DNA of 63,371 bases from an uncultured Nitrospirales bacterium (GCA_964542245.1 CAZITU010000004.1:1-63371); one strand, 5' to 3'; positions 1-15,316 are shown, counted from the first letter of the stretch. Notes: generated from the sequence alone by a model not told the origin. Numbers and translations are program-made.

Positions 1-5220
<5,220 letters not shown>

Positions 5221-5263
5221 GCCTGCCCCCTACCTGCTGCGCCTAGAACGCGCGGCATGTCCC

Positions 5264-6037
5264 ATGATCCCGGCACGAAAGACTGTCCTCTTGTTCCTCG
5301 GCGGCGCGGCGCTGCTGGCCGGCATCTACATCACTCTGGACGAACTGAAGCACACCCTCGAAGAGCAACGCGCGGACCGGTTTATCCAGGCGGTCAATCA
5401 ACTCGGGAACGACACTCTCGAAATGCGTCTCGGCGGGATTTACGCGCTTGAGCGCCTCGCCGCAGGCTCGGAACGAGATTATTGGCCGATTATGGAAATC
5501 CTCACGGCCTACGTGCGGGAGCGCGCTTCGGTACGGAAGAACCCGGCACTGAAGGAGCCGCCACGGCAGCCCGCTCCCGACATTCAAGCGGCGCTCGACG
5601 TCATCGGCAGACGCCGCCATAGCTATAACGATGGAGAAAGCCAACGGCTGGATTTGCGAGGAACGGATCTGCGCCGAGTCAATTTAGCCGGAGCAAAATT
5701 CGCAGGCGCCATCCTTAGCGAGGTTCACTTGGAAGAAGCAAACTTGGCCGGAATTCGTTTGGAGGATGCGATACTCCGAGAAGCTCATCTAGAACGCGCG
5801 AATCTCACTCAAGCTGAGATGGAACGAACCTTTTTACTGAATAGTAGGCTCAAAGGGACGAGGCTTCGGGCCGCGAATCTGCGCCAGGCTTATCTCATCG
5901 GAGCCCAGTTCGATGAAGCCGATCTCCTGGGCGCCGACCTCACGGACGCATTCGGCCTCGCCTGGGAGCAGATCAAGACGGCCAAGAAAGACAACAAAAC
6001 TCGCTTGCCCACATACCTGAGGGTTACCGCACGCTGA
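5264..6037 (+). CDS. Membrane-anchored pentapeptide-repeat protein
   Basis: N-terminal TM helix, RLGGIYALERLA motif, A(N/D)L-type pentapeptide repeats in the C-terminal half. Confidence 0.85.
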   Translation: MIPARKTVLLFLGGAALLAGIYITLDELKHTLEEQRADRFIQAVNQLGNDTLEMRLGGIYALERLAAGSERDYWPIMEILTAYVRERASVRKNPALKEPPRQPAPDIQAALDVIGRRRHSYNDGESQRLDLRGTDLRRVNLAGAKFAGAILSEVHLEEANLAGIRLEDAILREAHLERANLTQAEMERTFLLNSRLKGTRLRAANLRQAYLIGAQFDEADLLGADLTDAFGLAWEQIKTAKKDNKTRLPTYLRVTAR

Positions 6038-7514
6038 CGAAACGGCCCTGGGCAGTCTCCCGCAACTGCTCGACGTCTTCCCGGCGGGTCACGGAAAGGG
6101 GAATCGTCTGGCGAATCTCTTCGAGGAGCAGCGCCGTGTCAAGAGGGCGCTTCTGCGAGAGGGCCCGGTAGAGCGAGGCGACCACCGCCTGCTCGATCTC
6201 AGAGCCGCTGAACCCTTCGCATGCCGATACGATCTCGGCCAGATTGAACTTCTGCGCCTCCTGTTTGCGCAGGCCGAGGTGAATTTTTAGAATGACTTCG
6301 CGTTCCTCAGGGGTCGGCAGGTCCACGAAGAAAATCTCGTCGAACCGACCCTTGCGAAGCAGTTCGGGGGGAAGGATTGCCAGGTCGTTCGCGGTGGCCA
6401 CGACAAAGACTTCCTGGCGCTTCTCCTGCAGCCAGGTCAAGAACGCTCCGAACAGTCGGCGGCTGAGTCCCCCATCGGACTCGCTGCTTCCCGCCGAAAC
6501 CAGCGCTTTCTCGATTTCATCAATCCAGAGGACGGTGGGCGCCATGGACTCGGCCAACGAGATGGCCTTGCGAAAGTTCTTCTCGGACTCGCCGATGTAT
6601 TTGTCGAAGAGCCGTCCCGCATCCAGTTTCAAGAGGGGCAGCTTCCACTCGCGGGCGATCACCTTCGCAGCCAACGACTTCCCGCAGCCCGGCACGCCGA
6701 CGATGAGGATGCCGCGTGGGGGGCTCAAGTTGAGCGCCTGCGCCTCACGGCTGAACCCCACGTACGCACGCTGTAGCCAGGATTTCAAATTGGCGAACCC
6801 ACCAAGCTGGTAGCGGTTGTCCTCCATCGGGTAATATTCCAGAAGTCCCCCGTCACGGACCATTTGCGCCTTACGCTTCAACACGGCCTGGATGTCTTCC
6901 GGCGTGAACCTGCCGTCACTCAGCACCGCGCCGGCCACCGCCTGCCTTGCCTGATGTAAGGTCAGACCTTGAAGCGCCTTCAGGAACTGCTCACGCTCCT
7001 CCTCCCGGAACAGCGCTTCGAGCTTCTTGCCGACCTTCAAGGATTGAAGCACCATGTTGACGACCTTGAGCAACTCGTCCCGATCAGGAAACTTTAAGTC
7101 GTAGCGCACGGCCTCCAGTTCGATCTCGCCCGGGAGCTGGACCGTCGCGCCGGTCAGCACCATGGTCGATCGCTTCTGGCGGAATGCCTGCGCCACCTCG
7201 CGGAAATGCCTGGCCACTTTGGCCTCTTCGAGGTATTTCGAAAAATCCTTCAGAACAAATATCCCATCCACGTTCAACCTGGCCAGGTGCTTGAGCAGTA
7301 AGAGCGGTTCAGTCGTTTGGGCTATCGGGTTCCCCTCCGATCTCAGTACCAGCCCATGAGTGACGGACCACTCGAAAAGCGACGGCCACACCTGGTCCGC
7401 GACGGCCTGTAAGAGCGACAGGACCCGATCCTCCTCCACCGTCTCGATGACGATGACCGGATGAAATGAAAGGACCAGGGTTTTGAGATCGTGGACGCTG
7501 GTTGAAGTGTTCAT
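6024..7514 (-). CDS. AAA+ ATPase (Ycf46-like)
   Basis: Walker A GVPGCGKS, Walker B LWIDEIEK, SRH LPPELLRKGRFDE, degenerate N-terminal AAA-like domain. Confidence 0.9.
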   Translation of the reverse strand: MNTSTSVHDLKTLVLSFHPVIVIETVEEDRVLSLLQAVADQVWPSLFEWSVTHGLVLRSEGNPIAQTTEPLLLLKHLARLNVDGIFVLKDFSKYLEEAKVARHFREVAQAFRQKRSTMVLTGATVQLPGEIELEAVRYDLKFPDRDELLKVVNMVLQSLKVGKKLEALFREEEREQFLKALQGLTLHQARQAVAGAVLSDGRFTPEDIQAVLKRKAQMVRDGGLLEYYPMEDNRYQLGGFANLKSWLQRAYVGFSREAQALNLSPPRGILIVGVPGCGKSLAAKVIAREWKLPLLKLDAGRLFDKYIGESEKNFRKAISLAESMAPTVLWIDEIEKALVSAGSSESDGGLSRRLFGAFLTWLQEKRQEVFVVATANDLAILPPELLRKGRFDEIFFVDLPTPEEREVILKIHLGLRKQEAQKFNLAEIVSACEGFSGSEIEQAVVASLYRALSQKRPLDTALLLEEIRQTIPLSVTRREDVEQLRETAQGRFVSVR

Positions 7515-7535
7515 AGATGATGACTCCCGCGTCGC

Positions 7536-8021
7536 TTACTTGGTGATGTCGTGCGTGAGCAACGCGACGTCCCGCATGACGTCGAGGATCTTCCGGGTCT
7601 CCTTGTCCATGATGAGGATGTCGGTGCCGACGGTCACGCGAACCTGGTTCGGGGAGGGCAGCGGCTTGAGGCGAATCTCCAGATCACGAGGCAACGGCTG
7701 CATCTCCTTCTGAAGCTCAACCGGCAGAATGGCGCCGCGCTCGAGCTGCTTCTGAATACCGGGCGGCAGTTTGTTTTTTTTGGCAAGACCCGGCGGCAGC
7801 CCTTTTTGTTTCTTCCCTTTCCCGTGGCCCTTTCCTTCTTTCGCCGCTTTCTCATTGGCCTTTTCGATAATTTCTCTCTCGTAGTAATTCTTGATGATCC
7901 TGTGGTCGTCATCGCCGAAGACGATCCGGACATCCCCTCCCGACACCTGGGGCCACGATATCATCCAGGCGATGAAAAACATCAACGTAAAGCCCGCCAC
8001 TTTATGCACGCTGTTTCTCAT
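7536..8021 (-). CDS. Exported protein with PPGLAKK motif (RcnB-like)
   Basis: Signal-like N-terminus from ATG at 8021 (AAGGAG upstream). KGLPPGLAKK and LPPGIQK repeats. Confidence 0.7.
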   Translation of the reverse strand: MRNSVHKVAGFTLMFFIAWMISWPQVSGGDVRIVFGDDDHRIIKNYYEREIIEKANEKAAKEGKGHGKGKKQKGLPPGLAKKNKLPPGIQKQLERGAILPVELQKEMQPLPRDLEIRLKPLPSPNQVRVTVGTDILIMDKETRKILDVMRDVALLTHDITK

Positions 8022-8073
8022 GATTGTCTCCTTATTCTGGTCTAAAGCATGTAGGTTTGAATATAATGGGGCC

Positions 8074-8490
8074 ATGCAGACGTTGGACGTCAACCGCCCC
8101 GGCCTGCCGGACCTCCAGTTCGTCCTGATGGTTCTGGCCCTATGCACATCCGACCTGCCCACGCTGAACGTACCGGAATCTCTCCGGCAAACCATCTTTC
8201 ATCGTTGTTGGACGCTGGTTCATGACGGGCCCCCGCCGACTCAAAAAGAAGAGCGCGTGCTGGACTTGCGCGGCGGCACCGAGGTGACGCTCGAAGCAAT
8301 GGTGGAAGTGATCCGGAGCACCTTGAACGAGCACGGCATCAGGCAATTGACCTGGGACCATCCGCCCAGTGAGCCCACACGCTCCACCACCCCAGAAGCA
8401 CTCCCGTTGGTAGAACGGCTGCAACAGCTCTTTCCGGCTGCCCCCGATATCGCCGACGACCCATCTGAACCTGCTAAGCCCGCCGGGTAG
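8074..8490 (+). CDS. Hypothetical protein
   Basis: ATG at 8074, globular composition, fills the gap between neighbours. Confidence 0.65.
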   Translation: MQTLDVNRPGLPDLQFVLMVLALCTSDLPTLNVPESLRQTIFHRCWTLVHDGPPPTQKEERVLDLRGGTEVTLEAMVEVIRSTLNEHGIRQLTWDHPPSEPTRSTTPEALPLVERLQQLFPAAPDIADDPSEPAKPAG

Positions 8491-8510
8491 GGGCACAGCA
8501 TGCTGTGCCC

Positions 8511-9209
8511 CTACTTGACGCCGTAGGCGGCGTAGATCTTTTCTTTCCACTGATCCATGTACGCGGGAAAGGCCAGGACCTCCCGACCTGCCGCACCGCT
8601 CCGGCGAATGCGGACAAGCTTGTACGCTTCTCCGGTCAGCACCTTCTCCCGCAGCAGCTTGTCAACCAGAGACGGCCCGCCGGCCTCCAGCATCCCCGGA
8701 TCGCGCTCGAACGCGCCCTTACGGAGCGTCTCCGCGATCTCGTCCTGCGTGGTATTGCCGACCAGAAGCATCAGATACAAAGAATACCACGCCGCCAGGT
8801 GTTCGCGGCGGGTCTCCGGCGTGATCTCCCGGTCGGGCCAGTAGTGCGAGGCGTTCATATACCGGCGGGCGATGTCCTTGAAGAAAGCCGGCACCAGGCG
8901 AACGTCCATGTATGGGCCGTCCTGGCCTTCAACTAAGATGGACTTTGAAATGGTACCCAGCGCCCACAGCGAATCATTGGCCAGCGGACGACGGGAGGAC
9001 TGCGGCTGCTCCAGGATCTGCTCGTTCGACAGCACCTGTCGGGTCAGCGACTCGTAGAGGTAGAGGGCGTGAGGCGGCGAGAGGTGTATGGCGACGGCCG
9101 CCAGGGCCTCTTCGACCGATCGCTGCGACGGTGGTTGCGCCTGCTCCTGTGCCCAGATCGGGTGGACGAACAGGAGAAATGCGGCCATCAACGAAAGAAG
9201 ACGCTTCAT
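8511..9209 (-). CDS. Exported hypothetical protein
   Basis: MKRLLSLMAAFLLFVHPIWA signal peptide with AxA-like cleavage. Confidence 0.75.
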   Translation of the reverse strand: MKRLLSLMAAFLLFVHPIWAQEQAQPPSQRSVEEALAAVAIHLSPPHALYLYESLTRQVLSNEQILEQPQSSRRPLANDSLWALGTISKSILVEGQDGPYMDVRLVPAFFKDIARRYMNASHYWPDREITPETRREHLAAWYSLYLMLLVGNTTQDEIAETLRKGAFERDPGMLEAGGPSLVDKLLREKVLTGEAYKLVRIRRSGAAGREVLAFPAYMDQWKEKIYAAYGVK

Positions 9210-9225
9210 TGTTACATTCAACGAC

Positions 9226-9600
9226 TCATGACAACTGCTCGGCATCCGCCTGCTCTCGCGTGGATGGGACCTGCGGTCGCTCCGGCCGGTCTCGTTGCAT
9301 GCTGCCGAAAGTGAAGCGATCCTCCGTAACGGAATGCCACTCGTTCAACAGAATGGCATCGGTGAGTTCGTGGATAATGTGGTCCACCACAATGTCTATA
9401 TCCGGGAGGCCCTCCACCTGATAGTGCCAGGTGCGTGTCCCACTGTCGTTGTCGGTCGTGCGCCCCATGAGAGCCCACCGCTCGCTGTAGCCCGTCGCTC
9501 GCTGGATGATGGCCGGGAAAGACTCCACGGCCCAACGCTGAGAATCGCCCAAGGCCTTCGACAAGCTGAAGCAGATCGCCCGGCGAGAGGTGAGTGTCAT
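9226..9600 (-). CDS. Hypothetical protein
   Basis: 124-aa ORF co-oriented with the downstream exported gene, no recognised motif. Confidence 0.5.
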   Translation of the reverse strand: MTLTSRRAICFSLSKALGDSQRWAVESFPAIIQRATGYSERWALMGRTTDNDSGTRTWHYQVEGLPDIDIVVDHIIHELTDAILLNEWHSVTEDRFTFGSMQRDRPERPQVPSTREQADAEQLS

Positions 9601-9761
9601 TTTTCAGAGGATAGCCCGTCACGCGGGGATGGGTCAACCAGGCCTGCAGGTCGGCGGATGGGTGGGACAATGATCTTCGTATTCGCGCTTCCTTGCATAA
9701 TAGTTGCGTACTTGTCATGGCCTATTATAGGCTTATCACAAAGTTCTGCGGGGGGGACGCC

Positions 9762-10124
9762 ATGACGGACCAACAGCCAGTACAACGGTTTGCTAATAGG
9801 TTGCCGGACACGGATTGGGCGGAAGTCGCGTCCTACCCGGAAGGCAAATCATTGACGCTCGGACACCTCAAAGATGTCAGCGCCGGTGGCCTCTCGCTGG
9901 ATTTGCCCCTGTGCCTCCAGCCAGGCACGAAGGTCCGGGTCAAACTTTCACGGATGAGCCCCACCGGTCTGCTGCGACACTTCCAATTCACCGGAACGGT
10001 GATGCATGTCGAATCTTCGGGCCAGGGGTGGGTGCACGGCATCAAACTTAACGACATGTCGGCGGCCGAGCGCACCGCGCTGACGGACTACCTCTGCCAA
10101 GTGGAATTTCGGTCGACTTCCTGA
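9762..10124 (+). CDS. Stand-alone PilZ domain protein
   Basis: RFANR (RxxxR) and DVSAGG (D/NxSxxG) motifs. Confidence 0.85.
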   Translation: MTDQQPVQRFANRLPDTDWAEVASYPEGKSLTLGHLKDVSAGGLSLDLPLCLQPGTKVRVKLSRMSPTGLLRHFQFTGTVMHVESSGQGWVHGIKLNDMSAAERTALTDYLCQVEFRSTS

Positions 10125-10215
10125 TCGGGCCGACAGGGCTCCGGCGACCTCATTGACCGGCACCCCGCTCCAGGGATATCCTAATCCCCGCTTACATCAT
10201 CCAGGAGGTTTCGTC

Positions 10216-10749
10216 ATGCCCGACCAGGAAGCCCTTGTGTCCCCGCCACCATCAAAGTTCACCGTCGCCTACGCGGATCAACTCAAAAAATTGGAAGCCA
10301 TACGCCACAGGCAGGCAGACCCCTCAACGCTTGACCAATTCGATGAGGAGACCGAACAGCTCATTCTCAGGACGTTCGGGGACGCCACCAATCATCTGGA
10401 AGCCTACGAACTGGCCACCATGGGTGAAGCCGAGACTATCGTGAACATGCCACAACCAGCCCAGGAAGACGCGACCCAGGATCTGCCCCACAAGGCGATC
10501 GAGCAGCGTCGGCAGGTACTTGAAGCGTGCTTGGCTGAGCTTGCGTCGGACTCCGGCCGGAAGCAATCAAAGAAGACGTCGGTCTCACCGGCCAAGCAAA
10601 AGAAGACCCGCGTAGCCAAGAAGAAGGCCCGTGCTTCTCTGAAGCGCCCGGTAAAGAAGAAGGCCGGCGCAGCCAAGAGAAAGCACGCCGCCGGGGCCAA
10701 GAAAAAGAAAACCATTCCGCCCAAGAAAAAGGCATCCAAGGGCAAATGA
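10216..10749 (+). CDS. Hypothetical protein with lysine-rich, histone-H1-like C-terminal tail
   Basis: GGAGG RBS before ATG 10216. Acidic helical N-domain, then a K/A/R-rich tail. Confidence 0.75.
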   Translation: MPDQEALVSPPPSKFTVAYADQLKKLEAIRHRQADPSTLDQFDEETEQLILRTFGDATNHLEAYELATMGEAETIVNMPQPAQEDATQDLPHKAIEQRRQVLEACLAELASDSGRKQSKKTSVSPAKQKKTRVAKKKARASLKRPVKKKAGAAKRKHAAGAKKKKTIPPKKKASKGK

Positions 10750-10827
10750 GAAGGATCACCGGTGGTATTGGATATCCCGGCATATTTGATCGCAATGCCG
10801 GGTCGAGCAAGCTTTGATGGAGGAGCT

Positions 10828-11136
10828 ATGCCGAATTATGTGAGAGTCGCCGGAACCGCGGACGTGGCGCCAGGCGCCGGGATCGTGGCCACCGCCAACG
10901 AAAAGGAATACGCCGTCTTTAACGTGGATGGGGCCTTCCACGTGATTGATAATACCTGCATGCACCGGGGGGGACCGCTGGGAGAAGGCGAGCTGGACGG
11001 CGACACCGTTACCTGCCCGTGGCATGGCTGGCAGTACAACGTGAAGACCGGCACCTGCCTGACGAAGGACGGGATCAAGATAGGCTGCTACGTCGTGAAA
11101 GTGGACGGTGGAGACATCAAAATCGCCCTGCCGTGA
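10828..11136 (+). CDS. Rieske [2Fe-2S] ferredoxin
   Basis: CMHRGGPL and CPWHGW ligands, GGAGGAG RBS. Confidence 0.95.
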   Translation: MPNYVRVAGTADVAPGAGIVATANEKEYAVFNVDGAFHVIDNTCMHRGGPLGEGELDGDTVTCPWHGWQYNVKTGTCLTKDGIKIGCYVVKVDGGDIKIALP

Positions 11137-13475
11137 AGGCTGAACTCAGTGAGGTCTGGCAAGACACTCGCCTGATCGTCCTGACGGCTCAGATCGCCGC
11201 GATCTACGCCGCCGTTCTGATCCCCTTCAAAGTCGGTATCCCGCTTATCCCCGGCTTCGTTGAGCTGCGTCCCGCGAACGCCATTCCCATCATCGCCTCG
11301 CTCCTTTTCGGCCCGGCGGCTGCCTGGGGGGCGGCCATCGGGAATCTTATCGGCGACCTGTTCGGGACGCTGGGCCCCGGCAGCATCTTTGGGGCCATCG
11401 GCAACTTCCTTTACGCCTATCTACCCTACCGCCTCTGGGGCCACCTCGGGCCGCTCTCTTCGGGGCATCCCCCCGAGTTACGCTCGTTCCACCAGATCCT
11501 GGAGTACCTGACGATCTGCGTTCTGGCCTCCCTGGTCTGCGCGGGGACGATCGCCTGGGGCCTGGACGTCATGCATCTCCTCCCGTTTCAGGTGCTCGCG
11601 CCGGCGATCTTTCTCAATAATCTTCTCATGTCGGCCTTGCTCGGTCCCCCCCTGCTGCGGTTCCTCTACCCCCGCGTCGCCCGGTGGGGCCTGCTCTATG
11701 GCGACATCACGAGCGATCGGGTCGAAGCCCATCAGATGATGCCCCATTCTGTCCGGGATGAGCGACTCGCCACGCTCGCCGATGCGCCTGGAATCACGAT
11801 CCGAGACCTCCATTTCGTCTACCGCGGCACGTCACGACGGGCCCTGCATCGCCTCTCTCTTTCCTTAAGGCCGGGGACCATGACCTTGGTCCTGGGAGGG
11901 ACCGGATCCGGGAAGTCCACTCTGTGCTACAGCCTCAACGGCCTGATCCCCCACCATCTGCATGGGGAATTGACCGGCAGGGTGCTCGTCGGGGGGCGAG
12001 ATAGTCGTCAGTGGACGGTCTGGCAACATGCGCGGGCGGTCGGGCTGCTCTTCCAGGACTTTGAATCTCAACTGGTCTCGACCAACGTCGAACAAGAGCT
12101 GGCCTTTACCCTCAGGAACCTCTGCCCTAATCTTTCCCCCGAAGCCAGCGCCGCTCGCATCAGCGAGACACTGGCGCAGGTGGGCTTGGAAGGACATCGG
12201 CGGCGCGACCCCCTTTCCCTCTCAGGCGGGGAACGGCAGCGGCTCGCCATCGCGTCGGTCATGGCTCCCGGTCCGTCGGTGCTGGTCCTGGATGATCCCG
12301 CTACCGATTTGGATCCGGCCGGCCGCGCGGTTCTCTATGCCGTGTTGAGGGCGTTCCGGACAGCGGGAACCACAGTGGTGGTCACCGACCGCGAGGCGGA
12401 CGAGGCGGCTCTGGCGGATCGTCTGTGCCTGCTGTCGGAGGGAGGCATCGTGTGGGACGGCCCCGCCACCGGATTGCTCAGAAAGCCGGCGCTCATGGAG
12501 CAATGCGGCGTCCGCCCCGATTTCCTCGCCACCTTTTTCGTTCAGTTGGGGTACCGTGACGACCTTCCGCTCACACCGGATGAGGCCGTCTCGCTCTTGA
12601 AGGGTAAAACCGTGAGGGTGACCGAGCCGGAATCGCCACCAACAGCCGAGCAAGGAGGCCCGCCCGCTCTCGAAGTTCGTGCGGTGGACTTCACGTACTC
12701 TCCCGGATCGTCGGCGGGACGACAGGCGCTGGACCGCATCCACCTGACGATCTGTCAGGGCGAGTTCGTCGCCTTGATCGGCCAGAACGGCTCAGGGAAG
12801 ACGACGTTGGCCAAGCTCTTGAACGGCCTGCTCTCACCCACCCGCGGTCAGGTGCGCGTCCACGGGCAGGACACGCGAACGATGAAGGCCGGTCGGCTTG
12901 CGGCCACCGCCGGGTATGTCTTCCAGAACCCCGATCACCAGATTTTCGCCGAAACGGTGTTCGAGGAAGTCGCCTTCGGTCCCCGCAACCTGGGTGTTCC
13001 CGCTGTCGAGGTTCCCGCAAGAGTCCGGGAAGCTCTCAACGCCGTCGGGTTGGACCGTCCGGAAATTGAGACGGCCGATCCGTTCTCGCTGACCAAGGGC
13101 GACCGCCAGCGGGTGGCGGTGGCCTCGGTGCTGGCCACGAGGCCGGGCATCCTGATCTTTGATGAACCGACCACCGGGCTGGACTACCGGGAGATCCGGG
13201 GGATGATGGGCCTGATTTGCCGGCTCAACCAAGCGGGCCATACGATCATCATGATCACCCACAGTATGTGGGTCGTCGCGGAATACGCGGCCCGCTGTGT
13301 GGTCATGCAAGACGGTCGAATTGTCGCGGATGGCCCGGCGCGCGCGATTTTCGCGCAACCCGAGCGACTGGAACCGCTCGGCCTCAGACTCCCCCAGATC
13401 CCGCGCTTCAGCCAGCATTTCGGTCGGACACTGCTTACGCTCAAGGAACTGGCGACCTGTTTCAGGATCGAGTAA
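11133..13475 (+). CDS. ECF transporter: QueT/MtsT-like S component fused to two ABC ATPase domains
   Basis: GTG at 11133 overlaps the ferredoxin stop. Multi-TM N-terminus (RPANAIP...FGPAAAWGAAIGNLIGD), two Walker A motifs (GGTGSGKST, GQNGSGKTT), FQNPDHQIF. Confidence 0.88.
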   Translation: MKAELSEVWQDTRLIVLTAQIAAIYAAVLIPFKVGIPLIPGFVELRPANAIPIIASLLFGPAAAWGAAIGNLIGDLFGTLGPGSIFGAIGNFLYAYLPYRLWGHLGPLSSGHPPELRSFHQILEYLTICVLASLVCAGTIAWGLDVMHLLPFQVLAPAIFLNNLLMSALLGPPLLRFLYPRVARWGLLYGDITSDRVEAHQMMPHSVRDERLATLADAPGITIRDLHFVYRGTSRRALHRLSLSLRPGTMTLVLGGTGSGKSTLCYSLNGLIPHHLHGELTGRVLVGGRDSRQWTVWQHARAVGLLFQDFESQLVSTNVEQELAFTLRNLCPNLSPEASAARISETLAQVGLEGHRRRDPLSLSGGERQRLAIASVMAPGPSVLVLDDPATDLDPAGRAVLYAVLRAFRTAGTTVVVTDREADEAALADRLCLLSEGGIVWDGPATGLLRKPALMEQCGVRPDFLATFFVQLGYRDDLPLTPDEAVSLLKGKTVRVTEPESPPTAEQGGPPALEVRAVDFTYSPGSSAGRQALDRIHLTICQGEFVALIGQNGSGKTTLAKLLNGLLSPTRGQVRVHGQDTRTMKAGRLAATAGYVFQNPDHQIFAETVFEEVAFGPRNLGVPAVEVPARVREALNAVGLDRPEIETADPFSLTKGDRQRVAVASVLATRPGILIFDEPTTGLDYREIRGMMGLICRLNQAGHTIIMITHSMWVVAEYAARCVVMQDGRIVADGPARAIFAQPERLEPLGLRLPQIPRFSQHFGRTLLTLKELATCFRIE

Positions 13476-13479
13476 CGAA

Positions 13480-14244
13480 ATGGAACTGTTTCTCTACCGA
13501 GAGTCCGACACCATCCTCCATCGCCTGGATGCCAGGACGAAGATCCTGGGGCTCGCGGTGTTCTTTACCGTCGCGCTCCTGCTCAGCGATCCTCTCGTGT
13601 TGCTGGGGCTACTGGCTGCGGTCATGGGCCTGGCCGCCATGGGGCGCTGCCTGACGAATCTGAGGAAAATCTGGGTGCTTCTGCTGCTGCTGTTTCTGTA
13701 TTGCCTTCTTCTATGGCCGCTGTTTATCAAGGGACCCCTTGAGCAGACCGTGGCCTTGAGCGCGGGAATGGGCATCCGCCTGGATGTGATGTTGATTGCC
13801 GGGGTGATCGTCGCCTCCACGACCCGAGTCGAAGACTTTACCGCCGGACTTCAACGGCTGGGTCTTCCGGGACCCATGGCGTTCGCGCTCTCCCTCGCCT
13901 TTCGTTGGGTCCCGACGTTCCTTGGGACTGCGCAAACCATCGTGCAGGCCCAACAGGCGCGCGGCTTGGATCTGCAAGGGGGAAACCTCGTAGTGCGGGC
14001 GGGACGGTACGTCCCCTTGGTCCTTCCCCTCGTGGCGCACGCGATCCGGCAAACTCGGTTTCTGGCGATGGCCCTGGAAGCCAAGGGATTCAACCCATCC
14101 ACATCACGGATGGGATATAAGGAGGGCTCCTACACGGCGACCGATGCCCTCGTCCTGGTAGTACTCGCCGCGCTTCTGCTCGCCGCCCTATGGCTCCGAT
14201 GGAACGGTTACGGAGTCGTCGCAGGGGGTGGGATTTTGAAGTAG
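13480..14244 (+). CDS. ecfT: ECF transporter T component
   Basis: LHRLDARTK start, AQQARG and ALEAKGF coupling motifs, directly after the ATPase gene. Confidence 0.9.
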   Translation: MELFLYRESDTILHRLDARTKILGLAVFFTVALLLSDPLVLLGLLAAVMGLAAMGRCLTNLRKIWVLLLLLFLYCLLLWPLFIKGPLEQTVALSAGMGIRLDVMLIAGVIVASTTRVEDFTAGLQRLGLPGPMAFALSLAFRWVPTFLGTAQTIVQAQQARGLDLQGGNLVVRAGRYVPLVLPLVAHAIRQTRFLAMALEAKGFNPSTSRMGYKEGSYTATDALVLVVLAALLLAALWLRWNGYGVVAGGGILK

Positions 14245-14796
14245 GCTCCAGACGACCTCGTGGCCATCGTGCATGAGAGCGACGAGGTGGTCCTGAAATC
14301 GGACGTGGCGCACGGGCCAGAGGCGGGAGGCATAGTCCACGAGCAGATTGTCCTGGTCGAGGACCGCGTGAATGCGGGCCTTCTTCAGGTGGGAGATCCC
14401 GATGCCGACCGCCTTCAGCACGGCCTCTTTCGCCGTCCAGTAGCGGAAGAACGTCTCCCAGCCTCGGCCCGCCAGCGCCCATTCCGATTCGTCGGCGATG
14501 TAGGCATGGAGGCCCTCGTTCCGGGGAACGATCTCCTCGATGTCAATCCCGATGGGAGCCGGCCCGACGACCGCGGCCACGTATCGCGGCTTGTGGGAAA
14601 GCGACCAATAGGTATTGTTGAAAGGCAGCGGGGCATCGCGGTCGCCCTTATTCAAAAAACCCAAGGCGACCCCGCTCGCCTCGCAACTGAGGACCAGCGC
14701 CTCGCGCGCCCGTCGGCTCTGCGCCTGCACGCCCTCCCGCCCGCGTAGCAATTGATCCTCCGTGGAGAGCGACAGGATGATGGGACGAAGTTTCAT
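14188..14796 (-). CDS. 4'-phosphopantetheinyl transferase (Sfp-type)
   Basis: SLSHK, IGIDIEE and FFRYWTAKEAVLKAVGIG motifs. Confidence 0.9.
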   Translation of the reverse strand: MKLRPIILSLSTEDQLLRGREGVQAQSRRAREALVLSCEASGVALGFLNKGDRDAPLPFNNTYWSLSHKPRYVAAVVGPAPIGIDIEEIVPRNEGLHAYIADESEWALAGRGWETFFRYWTAKEAVLKAVGIGISHLKKARIHAVLDQDNLLVDYASRLWPVRHVRFQDHLVALMHDGHEVVWSLLQNPTPCDDSVTVPSEP

Positions 14797-14866
14797 AGGT
14801 TCGGGCCGAATCTTACCATCTTCTTTTCACGCAAGGGAGGAAATTATCATCGTATCCTTGACTGGA

Positions 14867-14895
14867 TTGCTTAAAGAACAGGGACAGTCTAGAAT
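14867..14895 (+). promoter_or_regulatory. sigma70-type promoter of pilZ
   Basis: TTGCTT-N17-TAGAAT, 45 nt before ATG 14941. Confidence 0.6.
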
Positions 14896-14940
14896 CCTGC
14901 TTCGTTGCATCGCACTCCATATGGAACCGGAGGTGATCTG

Positions 14941-15297
14941 ATGGCTGTTTCAGAGCGGCGGGTGCTGCCCCGGTATTATTTTGTGACTCTGGTGGACGTT
15001 TCGGTGCCAGGCTTTAGCGATAGTCTCTGGGGAGCTGTAGCGAATATCAGTCGAACCGGAATCGCCCTTTACATTCGGCAGCAGTTGAAACCCGGAAGCG
15101 CGGTCACGATACGATTCCGGTTCCAGGGCGAGGGTGGGAGGGAGGTCAGCGAGACTATCACTGCCAAGCTTGTGTGGCAGCGCGGCGAGACTGCCGGTTT
15201 GGAATTTGAGCCGCCTATGCTGGCTAATTCACCCGCGTCAAAGAAGGCCCCGCACCTTGCAGACTACTTGAGCAAGAAAGAGGCGACCAAAGGTTGA
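14941..15297 (+). CDS. Stand-alone PilZ domain protein
   Basis: RVLPR and NISRTG motifs, GGAGGTGA RBS. Confidence 0.85.
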   Translation: MAVSERRVLPRYYFVTLVDVSVPGFSDSLWGAVANISRTGIALYIRQQLKPGSAVTIRFRFQGEGGREVSETITAKLVWQRGETAGLEFEPPMLANSPASKKAPHLADYLSKKEATKG

Positions 15298-15316
15298 AAC
15301 AGCCGCACAGAGAACC

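Noticed and set aside
5650-5960. DNA-level tandem repeat in the pentapeptide gene
   Set aside because: Periodicity is at the protein level only, and the codons are diverged.
6024-7514. AAA ATPase as part of a defence or secretion module
   Set aside because: The usual partner genes are not adjacent, and the neighbours are unrelated exported or hypothetical genes.
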